From positions 47,962 to 111,961 of the forward strand of contig CAVTWJ010000010.1 in the NCBI GenBank assembly GCA_963738405.1: DNA of 64,000 nucleotides, written 5' to 3'. Positions 29,775-39,566 of the stretch are shown here, piece by piece; position 1 is the stretch's first letter; every line of letters starts with the position of its first letter. This stretch comes from a candidate division FCPU426 bacterium. GTDB lineage: Bacteria > Oederibacteriota > Muellerivitia > Muellerivitales > Muellerivitaceae. Both the position numbers and the translations under genes were made by a program. The notes under the pieces were generated by a model. It did not search any database, was not told the origin of the DNA, and saw only the letters and a program-made list of their open reading frames with translations.

Positions 29775-30572
29775 ATGAATAGAATTTTGATTTTGACAAT
29801 ACTGATTCTGGTGCCGGTCGGACGACTTTGGGCCGTAACGGAGGCCATCTTTACCTCTGTTACTGGTAAGATCGAGATCAGGGGCCACGCCGGCCACAAG
29901 CTCCGGATTGCCCAAAAAGACACTACCGTAGTTGAAGGCGAACGTATTGTCGCCGGCGCGGACGGTCAAGCGACCCTGCAAACCTTTGATGGGTCCCAAT
30001 TGACAATCAGTCCCAATACCGATTTCTGGTTGGATAAACTCCAACAACCTGATCCCAATAATAAGATTATTCAATTCAAAATGATGCTGGGCCAGCTCTT
30101 CGCCAAGGTCACCAAGCTGGTATCGGCCAAGTCCTCATTCGAAATCAACGCCGGGGGCGTCATCTGCGGCGTTCGGGGAACTCAATACCAGGTCAAATTT
30201 GATCCCACCACCAACACCGTTTATTTGGGAGTTGTGGAGGGAACTGTTTTCACCACCTCAAACGGTCAAACGACCGATTGGGGCGCCGGAAGCAGTGCGG
30301 TTTTCCACAACGGAACCCCTTTAGGTGGTGGCAACAATGGAATACCCGGCGGCAATAATGGAAATAAAGGTGATAACGGAAACAATGGTCAAGGAAATGG
30401 CCAGGGGGATAATGGTGACAACGGTTCCCTTGGCTCTCTCCAAGACCTAAACGATCAATTCGGCGGAAACAATAACTCTAACGGCAACACGACTCTTACC
30501 GATCCGTCGGTGGAGGGTTCCATAAGGATCAATATCACCGCCAATATTCCTACCCAGGAAAATACGAATTGA
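29775..30572 (+). CDS. Periplasmic FecR-domain protein with G/N-rich tail
   Basis: Signal peptide; GERIVAGADGQATLQTFDGSQLTISPNT, FEINAGGVICGVRGTQYQV, VVEGTV. Confidence 0.9.
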   Translation: MNRILILTILILVPVGRLWAVTEAIFTSVTGKIEIRGHAGHKLRIAQKDTTVVEGERIVAGADGQATLQTFDGSQLTISPNTDFWLDKLQQPDPNNKIIQFKMMLGQLFAKVTKLVSAKSSFEINAGGVICGVRGTQYQVKFDPTTNTVYLGVVEGTVFTTSNGQTTDWGAGSSAVFHNGTPLGGGNNGIPGGNNGNKGDNGNNGQGNGQGDNGDNGSLGSLQDLNDQFGGNNNSNGNTTLTDPSVEGSIRINITANIPTQENTN

Positions 30573-30586
30573 AGGAGAAAAACATC

Positions 30587-31744
30587 ATGAAAAGTTTCTT
30601 TGCGGGACTTTCCCTCTTTTTACTCGTCCTTCCTGTCCAAGCCGGCCAATTCAGTATCGGAGCCATTTACGATGGTTGGAACAGCAACTATCTAACCCCA
30701 TTGACCGGATTAAACACCAATCAGGGTTCTGAATTTTGGGTCCCCATGGCTTTAAATCTGAATTTGGAAAAGGGATTTCAGGTTTATGGGCAGGGGTCTT
30801 TCGCGACTGCCTCTTACATTTTTCCGCCCGATCAGTCGGGGGCTAATGAGACGCTGAATTTGACAAATCTGACGGACTCAGTTCTCGGAACCGAGATTCA
30901 GTTCAAAAGTTTCGGCTATTCTTCGCTCCTTAATGTCAGTATCAATCTGCCGACGGGCGACCCAACCTGGGAAACGAAACAGATTGTGGCTATTATTCCC
31001 ACTGAGTTCATGGATTATCGCTACCGTGGTCGTGGGTTCGGTTTTAACGGCCTTTATGGGATCAGTTTCCCCATGGGAAAAAGTTCCATCGGTGCAGGTG
31101 TTGGTTACCTGCATTCGGGTTCCTTCGATGCGACCGGCGATTCGACCGCACCCCTGCAATTGGGTGATACGATGTTTTTGGCTTTCAACTTTGTTCAGCC
31201 GGGAACCGGCGGGTACAAGGAAATCGCCCGGCTTTCGGGTTATTACTCCTTTACGACTCAAATCGCCGGGGTTAACGAGTTTCAGCTTGGGACCAATGTG
31301 AATGCCTCTTATAGTTGGATTAATCCCCATGCCCTATCCGTTGATTTGGGAGCTCAGTTTTTCCTTCCCTCTCAAAGATTGAGTACAGATAACGTTTTGA
31401 CCACCGAATCCAATAATTACTACGCCCCGCGCTTTTACGTGGCTCCCAGTTATTCATTTGGAGATATCAACTTGTCCGCACAAGTGAAATATATCCTGCC
31501 CAATGATTATCCAGATACCTTTTCCGGTTCTGGCGTGAATCCAATGTATTTCGGCGGAGGTTGGCTTTTTGGAATCGGCCCTTCCTGGAAAGCTGCCCTG
31601 GATGACAAGTCGAGCCTCAATTTCTATGGTGCCTACGACTACATCGTTCAAAATAACGCCAATATTGATTCCACCGGAACCACCTTGGTTAACGCCACAT
31701 ACAATTATTGGATCATCGGCACGAACTACCAAATTAATCTCTAA
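30587..31744 (+). CDS. Putative outer-membrane beta-barrel protein
   Basis: Signal peptide; SD AAGGAG; alternating aromatic/hydrophobic strands; SINLPTG motif; C-terminal strand YWIIGTNYQINL. Confidence 0.75.
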   Translation: MKSFFAGLSLFLLVLPVQAGQFSIGAIYDGWNSNYLTPLTGLNTNQGSEFWVPMALNLNLEKGFQVYGQGSFATASYIFPPDQSGANETLNLTNLTDSVLGTEIQFKSFGYSSLLNVSINLPTGDPTWETKQIVAIIPTEFMDYRYRGRGFGFNGLYGISFPMGKSSIGAGVGYLHSGSFDATGDSTAPLQLGDTMFLAFNFVQPGTGGYKEIARLSGYYSFTTQIAGVNEFQLGTNVNASYSWINPHALSVDLGAQFFLPSQRLSTDNVLTTESNNYYAPRFYVAPSYSFGDINLSAQVKYILPNDYPDTFSGSGVNPMYFGGGWLFGIGPSWKAALDDKSSLNFYGAYDYIVQNNANIDSTGTTLVNATYNYWIIGTNYQINL

Positions 31745-31794
31745 TTCGTTATTCAGTCCCCGGGGAGCGGGTCTTAACCAAAGGAGACGGCTAA

Positions 31795-32814
31795 ATGAAA
31801 ATCGCATCGAATAAATTTTTTATCGCCTCGAGCCTGTTTTCAGTCCTGATTATGGTGATATGGGGCTGTAATGGTTCTCGTCCCTTGGCTCCCGCCCAAA
31901 ATGTCAATTTGGGCATTTCTTTGGCGCCCTCCAAGGATCTTCAAGCCAGCTTGCTGGGAACAACTTCGAACACCCTTCTCTGGAACTATCAAATCAACGG
32001 CCAGTCTGGGGAGCATGGCCAGGCGGGTCCCTTTTCCTCCAATGTCGGCGCCGGAAACGTTAATTTCTCAGTGAATCTGCCTGCGGGCGGTAAAAAGATA
32101 TTCTCCATCCAATTAAACGACGCCAATACTGGGCAGGACCTGGCGGTTGGTTCTGCTCTGATTGATCTGACGAACCCAACAGCGAATATGTCGGTAACCA
32201 TCGCCCTGGGATCGGTGGTTCGGGCCTGTTACACATTGAGCAATGCAGGGCTTTATAACTACTATGACTTGATTGACCATTTCATTCAGTACTATCCCCA
32301 GCAATCAGACCTGGAAGTGTATTACGGGGATACCAACTACTCATTGTGGGACGCAAACTATAACGCCACGATCGCATACTTGGGCAATGGGAATCTGGTC
32401 GATTACGACTATGTTCCCTCGGATGATGTTTTTTCGTATTATTCTATTGAAACCAAATATGAGGTCCTGAATCCTTCCAGCGCGAAACCCACTCCTGTGC
32501 CGACTTACGGTGGCGGTTCCGCTCGAAAAAGCACCAAAGCCAGCACGGGACAAAATTTAGATCTAGAAACTGGGGATGTCTATTGCATTAAGTTGACCAA
32601 TCTTCCCGGGGATTATGCCTGGGTTCAGGTAACAGATTCCGGCAACCTCAATAATTCTGTCGGTCCCAGCTTTTGTTTCCGCATCAGCACCGATCCTTTC
32701 TATTCTTACTACCAGACCAGCGCGGACCTTCTTCAAAATTGCTCATGGGGCGGTACTAGCGGCAGCGGCAGCGGCGGTACCAGTGGGGGTGGCGGAAGCG
32801 GCGGCGGCGGTTAA
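31795..32814 (+). CDS. Lipoprotein paralogous to the N-terminal domain of the giant protein
   Basis: Lipobox IWGC; LQASLL, AGPF, NFSV.LP, LGSV.R.CY, YLGNG.LV, GDVYC, GPSF.FR and YYQTSAD are all shared; Gly/Ser tail. Confidence 0.9.
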   Translation: MKIASNKFFIASSLFSVLIMVIWGCNGSRPLAPAQNVNLGISLAPSKDLQASLLGTTSNTLLWNYQINGQSGEHGQAGPFSSNVGAGNVNFSVNLPAGGKKIFSIQLNDANTGQDLAVGSALIDLTNPTANMSVTIALGSVVRACYTLSNAGLYNYYDLIDHFIQYYPQQSDLEVYYGDTNYSLWDANYNATIAYLGNGNLVDYDYVPSDDVFSYYSIETKYEVLNPSSAKPTPVPTYGGGSARKSTKASTGQNLDLETGDVYCIKLTNLPGDYAWVQVTDSGNLNNSVGPSFCFRISTDPFYSYYQTSADLLQNCSWGGTSGSGSGGTSGGGGSGGGG

Positions 32815-32826
32815 ACCCCAAAGCCC

Positions 32827-33408
32827 GTGACTTGGACTGATCTTCTCGGCTTATTCCTTCCTCTTTTTGTGGCGGTGGACCCATTGGGGGTCCTGCCGGC
32901 CTTCCTTCAAATGACATCCGGCCTCAAAGAAAAGGCTCGCCGAAAACTGGTGGACCTTTCGGTGCTTACCGCGGCGGCGGTGGGCCTTCTATTTATTCCC
33001 TTGGGGCCAATGGTGTTGGGCACCTTGGGCCTAAAAACCGGGGATTTTCAGGTGGCCGGCGGCCTTTTGGTTTTAGTCGTCGCGTTGCGGGATGTGGTTT
33101 TTGACAAGAAATCCTTCCACCCTGGAGCTGGGGAAGGGGCCGGTATCGTGCCGATTGGCATCCCCCTTTTGGTGGGTCCTGCGGTATTCGCCACCCTCAT
33201 TCTTTTGAGGAGCCGTTTTGAATGGTGGCAGATCGCCATAGCGTTACTGTTGAATCTTTTGTTCAGTTGGGTTGTTTTCAGGCAGTCGGTCACCCTACTG
33301 CGATGGATGGGCCCAACAGGTTCTCGGGTCATTTCCAAATTGGCCGCGCTGCTTTTGGCGGCCTACGCGGTCATGATGATCCGGGTGGGTTTACAGTCCT
33401 TTCATTGA
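32827..33408 (+). CDS. MarC family membrane protein
   Basis: LFVAVDPLG, FQVAGGLL, IVPIGIPLLVGPA. Confidence 0.92.
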   Translation: MTWTDLLGLFLPLFVAVDPLGVLPAFLQMTSGLKEKARRKLVDLSVLTAAAVGLLFIPLGPMVLGTLGLKTGDFQVAGGLLVLVVALRDVVFDKKSFHPGAGEGAGIVPIGIPLLVGPAVFATLILLRSRFEWWQIAIALLLNLLFSWVVFRQSVTLLRWMGPTGSRVISKLAALLLAAYAVMMIRVGLQSFH

Positions 33409-33480
33409 ATTTTTTCTTCAAGTATGAGACCCCCTGATGGAAAATGCTCTGAAGCAATACATGATCAAGGCGGAATTGCC

Positions 33481-34389
33481 ATGAAATCCCCTAAAGTTCT
33501 TGTCGTTTATAAAGAAAGTTCGTTGACCCGCCTTGAAAAGGTTCGGCCGATTCCCCGGCGGATCAAGCTGGGGAACTACTGGGAGGTTTTAAAGGGAAGT
33601 CATCAAAGGCATCACCATACGGTACAGGGTGTTCGCGAAATACTGAGTGAAATGAAACTGAAGGCGGACTTTATCCTCCGTCGAAAAATGAACCAGATGG
33701 GTTTCGCCGATGGGCGTTATGGCCTGGTGGTGACGGTCGGGGGGGACGGAACCCTGCTGGACGCTTCCCACTCTGTCAAGGACCTCCCGGTTTTGGGAAT
33801 CAACTCGGACCCCTTGAGAAGCGTGGCCCGTTTCAGCGGCTGCGATCTGGGTAGTTTCGAGAAGGTACTCAAGAATTATCTTTCCGGCCGATTGAAACCT
33901 GTTCTCGTGCCCCGCCTGGAGTTTTCCTTAAACGGGCGGAAACATCCTCGCCCCATTTTGAACGATTTATTAGTGACCACCCGCAGCCCGGCCGGTACCT
34001 CGCGCTACACCCTAAAGATAGGGAAGAGGGTCGAAGAACAGATGTCCAGCGGCATTTGGGTCAGCACCCCGGCGGGTTCCACCGCCGCAAGCCTTTCGGC
34101 GGGGGGGAAAATCATCCCCCCGTCAAAAAAATGCTTCCAATACGTTGTTCGTGAAGCCTACCTGCCGAAGTTCGGGCGTCGAAGCCTCATCAAGGGAATC
34201 CTTGGAATAAAAGATAAAATGGAAGTGGTTTCTTATATGCGGGACGGCCAGATATTTCTCGATGGGGCCAACAACTACCTGCCGTTTGTTCTAGGGGACC
34301 AATTGAAAGTTTTTCTGTCGCCCCATCCCCTCAAGGTCCTTGGGTTCAGCGTCCAAAAGGGACGGGTACCCCGTCGCCAAACCGATTAG
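33481..34389 (+). CDS. nadK: NAD(H) kinase
   Basis: VGGDGTLL, LGINSDP, ILND, SSGIWVSTPAGSTA. Confidence 0.9.
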   Translation: MKSPKVLVVYKESSLTRLEKVRPIPRRIKLGNYWEVLKGSHQRHHHTVQGVREILSEMKLKADFILRRKMNQMGFADGRYGLVVTVGGDGTLLDASHSVKDLPVLGINSDPLRSVARFSGCDLGSFEKVLKNYLSGRLKPVLVPRLEFSLNGRKHPRPILNDLLVTTRSPAGTSRYTLKIGKRVEEQMSSGIWVSTPAGSTAASLSAGGKIIPPSKKCFQYVVREAYLPKFGRRSLIKGILGIKDKMEVVSYMRDGQIFLDGANNYLPFVLGDQLKVFLSPHPLKVLGFSVQKGRVPRRQTD

Positions 34390-34417
34390 TCTCCTAATTT
34401 TAAACGATTAAGACGGT

Positions 34418-35194
34418 CTAGGGAGCGCAGGCGGGGTCAACCGATTGGGCTTGCCAGAGGCGGATTAGGGCTAAATGGGACTTCAGATAAGCCTCTCCTT
34501 TGACTCCCCCAAGGGGCAGAAGAGTAGAGAGGTCGCCCAGGGCTTGAAATTGTTTTTGAAATTGAACGGCCAGGGGATAGTAGCTCCAATGCCAGTGCTC
34601 ATCGGTGATAATTCCCGAATCGCCCCGATAAACCCTGCAAAAACCGTAACGGGGCGCATTGACTGCCATCCATCGGTAAAAAGCCATAACTTTCGGAGAG
34701 GGATCATCTGATTCGGAAAGTAATAAGCCTCTCAGACTTTTCTCTGAAATGTCCAACTCGCTCCCCCAATGGTGTCTGGAAAGTCCCGGAAGGGAAGTGT
34801 ACCTCAGTTGGGCCTTTACCTTTTCCTCCTGTGATTCCTTTCCGGGATCGTCGTAGAGAGAGTTCCAGAGGTTTTTTTGGCTAATGAAAGAACGGTATCC
34901 GGACACCAACACCAAATTCCATCCCGCTTGCTTGGCATCTAACCTGAGCTTTTTGAAGGCCTCAATAACCTCGGGCAGGGCCGCTTTGCCTGAAACGGGA
35001 TCGACGACGAGACCGGGGGGAGGTTCCAACCCGGTTAACTGCCGGGGAGTTAGGAAAAGACTTTTCCCATACTGCGAGGGAAACGGATTTTTCAAGGAAG
35101 CGCAGCCGAGGATTAAAAGGAAACCAATAAGAAAGCCCCATCTTCCAAGCGGAAGGCGGGGCTTGGCATTTGGCTCCTGAATAGAGTTTTGCAA
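34418..35194 (-). CDS. D-Ala-D-Ala carboxypeptidase (VanY-like, M15), probable lipoprotein
   Basis: ILGC lipobox; VSGYRSFISQ, SLPGLSRHHWGSELD, EHWHWSY. Confidence 0.85.
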   Translation of the reverse strand: MQNSIQEPNAKPRLPLGRWGFLIGFLLILGCASLKNPFPSQYGKSLFLTPRQLTGLEPPPGLVVDPVSGKAALPEVIEAFKKLRLDAKQAGWNLVLVSGYRSFISQKNLWNSLYDDPGKESQEEKVKAQLRYTSLPGLSRHHWGSELDISEKSLRGLLLSESDDPSPKVMAFYRWMAVNAPRYGFCRVYRGDSGIITDEHWHWSYYPLAVQFQKQFQALGDLSTLLPLGGVKGEAYLKSHLALIRLWQAQSVDPACAP

Positions 35195-35335
35195 GGGGAT
35201 TAACAGGTTGTTGAATCCCCTTTTCGGGGATTCCTATTTAGGAACGAGCCGTAAAAGACAAAAGACATCTTTTTAAAGGCTCGTTCAAGCCCTTGGCTGT
35301 CGACAAAGTGATAAAAAAGTATTTTCATCACTTTG

Positions 35336-35959
35336 TTAGCGCAGATCCTTCGAAGATAGGATCTTTAGGTTGGAATCCATTTCATAAATGCGCGGGATTC
35401 CGGTGTCCAGGTTCAAGGCGATGACCTGTTCCTGGCTCAAACTTTCTAGATGCATCACAATGGACCGCAAAGAATTTCCGTGGGCCGCCACCAAAACGTT
35501 CTTGCCTTGTTTGAGGTAGGGGGCGATATGGGTGTCGAAATAGGGAAGGGTACGCGCGGCGGTATCTTTAAGCGACTCCGTAAAGCCGGTGCTGTCCGGC
35601 GGGGGGGGAACGTCATAGCTGCGCCGCCAGATCTTGACCTGGTCCTCGCCGTATTTCTGGGCTGTTTCGGCCTTGTTCAGACCTTGAAGACCGCCGTAAT
35701 GCCGTTCGTTGAGGGCCTGGTCCATATAGACCGGAATATCTTTCATACCGGAGGACTGGAAAATAAGCGACAAGGTTCTTTGGGCTCTTTGAAGGGCTGA
35801 GGTGAAAGCCACGTCGAACTTGTAGCCTTTCAGCTTTTCTCCGGCCGCTTTGGCTTCTTTTTCTCCCAACTCAGATAGGGGAACATCCACCCAGCCGGTA
35901 AACCGGTTTTCAAGGTTCCATTGGGATTGGCCGTGACGCACAAGAGCCAGAATGGACAT
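35336..35959 (-). CDS. gpmA: 2,3-bisphosphoglycerate-dependent phosphoglycerate mutase
   Basis: [39 protein letters not shown]. Confidence 0.97.
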   Translation of the reverse strand: MSILALVRHGQSQWNLENRFTGWVDVPLSELGEKEAKAAGEKLKGYKFDVAFTSALQRAQRTLSLIFQSSGMKDIPVYMDQALNERHYGGLQGLNKAETAQKYGEDQVKIWRRSYDVPPPPDSTGFTESLKDTAARTLPYFDTHIAPYLKQGKNVLVAAHGNSLRSIVMHLESLSQEQVIALNLDTGIPRIYEMDSNLKILSSKDLR

Positions 35960-36169
35960 AAAGCACCCCTTTCAAACGCATATGAAATTTCAAACCCAGC
36001 TTGATAAGGCTTTCCCTGAATCAGGAATTTTTGCGGGTTTGGTTCGAACGAGGGCCGATTTTAACCTTGGCTTGTGGATTAGGGAAGGGGTTTAGGAGGG
36101 GGGGCGGGTTGAATGACGGAAGACCTTCGACCATACTTGATAACGATCTTTTTGAATGGATAGGGACCC

Positions 36170-37267
36170 GTGATAAGAAACGATCATTATTGGATGGAAC
36201 GAGCGCTTGAATTAGCGCAAAGGGGAAGCTTCAATGTTTCCCCTAATCCCCGGGTTGGCGCGGTTTTAATAAAGGATGGTCGCGTGGTTGGGGAAGGGGC
36301 CCATTTGAGGTATGGGGGTCCTCATGCCGAAATAAACGCTTTGAGACAGGCCGGGAAAAAGGCCGAGGGAGCGACCCTCTTTGTGACCCTGGAGCCCTGC
36401 GCCCACCTTGGAAAAACACCTCCCTGCGTTGAGGCTCTCATTCAATCGGGAGTTAAAAGGGTGGTGGCGTCCATGCGCGATCCCTTTCCCCTGGTGAAGG
36501 GAAAGGGGTTCGCGAGTCTTCGCAAAGCAGGCATTAAGGTCGCGGTGGGGTTGCTGGAAAAAGAAGCAAGCGCTTTAAACGAGAATTTTATTTTCAGCAT
36601 TGCCCATCTGCGTCCTAAGGTGATCCTCAAAGCCGCGATGACCCTTGACGGCCGTATCGCAACCGCGACTGGGGCATCGCGTTGGGTTACGGGCGACAAG
36701 GCACGGCGGAAGGTGCATGAACTCCGGGCGCAATCGGATGCCATCCTGATAGGGGTGGAGACGGCATTGAAGGACAATCCTTCTTTAACGGTTCGGCTTC
36801 CGGGTTTTAACCGAAAGGATGGCTGGCCCTTAAGGGTGGTTTTGGACTCTGATTTAAGGCTTCCGCCGAAGTCTAGAATTTTGAATCAAGGTCCTGGAAT
36901 GGTGATTTTTACCTCGCAAAAGGCATCTAGGATGCGACAAAAGGCCTTGGAAAAAAGAGGAGCGGACGTTTTGCGGGTTATCGGCACTCAAAAAATGTTA
37001 TCTTTACGGGCCCTATTAAAATCGCTCTTTCGGATGGGGGTTCGAACCCTGTTGGTAGAGGGCGGCGGCTTGGTTCACGGGTCCTTTATAAAAGAAGGCC
37101 TCGCGGATGAAGCAGCCCTATTTATTGCCCCTAAAGTGTTTGGGGCTGGCCCCGCTTGGGCCAGGGGGTGGGCTGTCCGTGATCCTCAAAGGTCCCCCCG
37201 GCTTAAGGATGTGATAATGGAACCCATGGGCGAAGACTGGCTTTTGACAGGCTGTTGGGAGAAATGA
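36170..37267 (+). CDS. ribD: Riboflavin biosynthesis deaminase/reductase RibD
   Basis: PNPRVGAV, HAE, TLEPCAHLGKTPPC, KAAMTLDG, VEGGG. Confidence 0.96.
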   Translation: MIRNDHYWMERALELAQRGSFNVSPNPRVGAVLIKDGRVVGEGAHLRYGGPHAEINALRQAGKKAEGATLFVTLEPCAHLGKTPPCVEALIQSGVKRVVASMRDPFPLVKGKGFASLRKAGIKVAVGLLEKEASALNENFIFSIAHLRPKVILKAAMTLDGRIATATGASRWVTGDKARRKVHELRAQSDAILIGVETALKDNPSLTVRLPGFNRKDGWPLRVVLDSDLRLPPKSRILNQGPGMVIFTSQKASRMRQKALEKRGADVLRVIGTQKMLSLRALLKSLFRMGVRTLLVEGGGLVHGSFIKEGLADEAALFIAPKVFGAGPAWARGWAVRDPQRSPRLKDVIMEPMGEDWLLTGCWEK

Positions 37268-37268
37268 A

Positions 37269-37880
37269 ATGTTTACCGGATTAATCCAGGAAGTGGCCAG
37301 AGTCGAATCGGCCGAAAGACGGGAGGGAATCCTCCAGTTATCCCTTCGTGCGCCGCAAACGGCTCCAAAAATCAAAATCGGGGATAGTGTGGCCCTTAAC
37401 GGCTGCTGCCTAACCGTTATCAAACTTCAGCCGCCCCTGGTTTTCTTCGAAGCGGTGCCCGAAACTTTGAGGCGGACGATCTTGGGTCTTTTGAAGGCCG
37501 GGGATCCGGTGAACCTGGAGCTTCCCTTAACCTTGGGAGGCGCCCTGGGAGGACATTACGTGCAGGGACATGTGGATGGGATGGCAGAAATCCTTTCTTT
37601 TGAACCGGAAGGGGAAGGCAAAAGGCTTACGGTTCGTCTTCCCGACGTGATCACTAAATTCGTGGTCGAGAAGGGAAGCATCGCCCTGGACGGCATCAGC
37701 CTGACGGTGGCGGCCATTGAGGGGGATGAAATGGAAGCAGCTTTGATTCCGCATACCTTGGAAAACACCAACATGAAGGCTAAAAGGACAGGTGATCTGC
37801 TCCACGTTGAGGCGGATATGCTGGCCAAGCACCTTGAAAAGCTGGCTTTGGGGTATTTTGCTCCCGAGGCGAAATCATGA
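37269..37880 (+). CDS. ribE: Riboflavin synthase (alpha chain)
   Basis: MFTGLI, GDSVALNGCCLTV, GGHYVQGHVDG, KGSIALDGISLTV. Confidence 0.96.
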   Translation: MFTGLIQEVARVESAERREGILQLSLRAPQTAPKIKIGDSVALNGCCLTVIKLQPPLVFFEAVPETLRRTILGLLKAGDPVNLELPLTLGGALGGHYVQGHVDGMAEILSFEPEGEGKRLTVRLPDVITKFVVEKGSIALDGISLTVAAIEGDEMEAALIPHTLENTNMKAKRTGDLLHVEADMLAKHLEKLALGYFAPEAKS

Positions 37881-38308
37881 AAATTGAACCGGTCGGGGAA
37901 GAATCCGCCCCCCTGAACGAGCCCATCCTTTCTTCATTGGCCCCCCTGATCCAGGAAAGAGTGAAAAAGATCCAGGACCCCGCCCTGCGGGAGGAGTTGT
38001 CCCGCCTGATTGGGGATGTGGAAGAGAAGGGGAAAAAACTTTTTTCCTCCAAGGCGAGGCAGGAATTTGAGGACTATAAAACATCCGTTAAAAAATTCAT
38101 GCAGCGGATCATCCAGGGCTCTTTCAAACTTGAGGAAAAGCAAAGCCGCAAACGCGACGGTAAGTTCGTGATTTACCTTACCACCCAAAAGGTGGACGAG
38201 GCCTTGGATCATTTGGGGCAGATGCTTATCGCGGGCCAGCAGGATTCCATGAGGGTCTTGGCGGCCCTCGATGAAATTCGCGGGATGCTATTGGACCTCT
38301 ATCTTTGA
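37877..38308 (+). CDS. YaaR/DUF327 family protein
   Basis: [11 protein letters not shown]...YKTSVKKFM...[13 protein letters not shown]. Confidence 0.8.
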   Translation: MKIEPVGEESAPLNEPILSSLAPLIQERVKKIQDPALREELSRLIGDVEEKGKKLFSSKARQEFEDYKTSVKKFMQRIIQGSFKLEEKQSRKRDGKFVIYLTTQKVDEALDHLGQMLIAGQQDSMRVLAALDEIRGMLLDLYL

Positions 38309-38336
38309 AAAGACCTCCGGGTCGAAGACGGGAAAA

Positions 38337-39557
38337 ATGGAAATCAAACGGGTAGAACAAGCCATTGAGGACATCCGGCAGGGCCGGATGGTCATTGTGG
38401 TGGATGATGAGAACCGCGAAAACGAGGGCGACCTGGTGATGGCGGCCGAAAGGATAACCCCTGAGGCGGTCAATTTCATGGTCAAGGAGGGCCGCGGGCT
38501 GGTTTGCGTGCCGATGCTTTCGGAGGACCTGGACCGGCTCGGCCTTCCCTTGATGGTGAATCAACAGGAAGACCATTTTCGAACGGCCTTTACCGTGTCC
38601 GTGGACGCCCGTGAGGGGGTGACCACCGGTATTTCAGCCCAAGACCGGGCCAAGACCATATTGGTCATGGCCAATGCCTCTTCCATGCCACGGGATATCG
38701 CCAAACCGGGCCATGTTTTTCCCCTCCAATACCGGGCTGGAGGCGTCCTACGCCGGGCCGGGCATACCGAGGCCGCGGTGGATCTGGCTCGACTGGCGGG
38801 CTTGAGACCCATGGGAGTCATCTGCGAAATCATGAAAGATGACGGCAGCATGGCCCGGATGGATGATTTAAAGGTTTTCGCCCAAAAGCAAAAATTGAAT
38901 CTCATCACCATCGCCGATTTGATCCATTACCGCCGGGAAAAAGAAAAGCTGGTGAAATCGGTTCTGGAAGTCATGCTTCCCACCGAGACGGGTCAATGGA
39001 AAGTGATCGTTTACAAGGCCTCCACTGAGGATGATGACAGCTTGGCTATGGTGAAAGGCGATTTATCGGGTAGTGAGCCGGTGCTTGTCCGTGTCCATTC
39101 CGAATGCCTAACCGGGGATGTGTTTCATTCCCTTCGATGCGATTGCGGCTCCCAACTGCACGCGGCCATGGGCCAAATTGATCGGGAGGGACGGGGAGTT
39201 GTGCTCTACATGCGCCAAGAGGGCCGGGGGATCGGCTTACTAAATAAGCTGAGGGCCTACCAGTTACAAGATGAGGGATTGGACACGGTGGAAGCCAATG
39301 AAAAGCTGGGTTTCCCCGCCGACTTGAGGGATTATGGAATCGGGGCCCAAATTCTTGTGGATTTAGGCATAAAAGAAATCAGGCTATTAACCAACAATCC
39401 AAAGAAGATTGTGGGGTTGGAAGGCTATGGTTTGAAGGTGGTCGAAAGGGTACCGATTGAAATCCCTCCCAACTCAGTTAATTCACGTTACTTGAACACG
39501 AAAATGGAAAAAATGGGCCATTTGTTTACGAAAAAAAACAAGGCAAAGCCGGATTGA
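38337..39557 (+). CDS. ribBA: Bifunctional DHBP synthase / GTP cyclohydrolase II
   Basis: [42 protein letters not shown]. Confidence 0.97.
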   Translation: MEIKRVEQAIEDIRQGRMVIVVDDENRENEGDLVMAAERITPEAVNFMVKEGRGLVCVPMLSEDLDRLGLPLMVNQQEDHFRTAFTVSVDAREGVTTGISAQDRAKTILVMANASSMPRDIAKPGHVFPLQYRAGGVLRRAGHTEAAVDLARLAGLRPMGVICEIMKDDGSMARMDDLKVFAQKQKLNLITIADLIHYRREKEKLVKSVLEVMLPTETGQWKVIVYKASTEDDDSLAMVKGDLSGSEPVLVRVHSECLTGDVFHSLRCDCGSQLHAAMGQIDREGRGVVLYMRQEGRGIGLLNKLRAYQLQDEGLDTVEANEKLGFPADLRDYGIGAQILVDLGIKEIRLLTNNPKKIVGLEGYGLKVVERVPIEIPPNSVNSRYLNTKMEKMGHLFTKKNKAKPD

Positions 39558-39566
39558 GGGATTAGA

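Noticed and set aside
35960..36170. FMN riboswitch upstream of ribD
   Set aside because: No recognisable conserved RFN segments.
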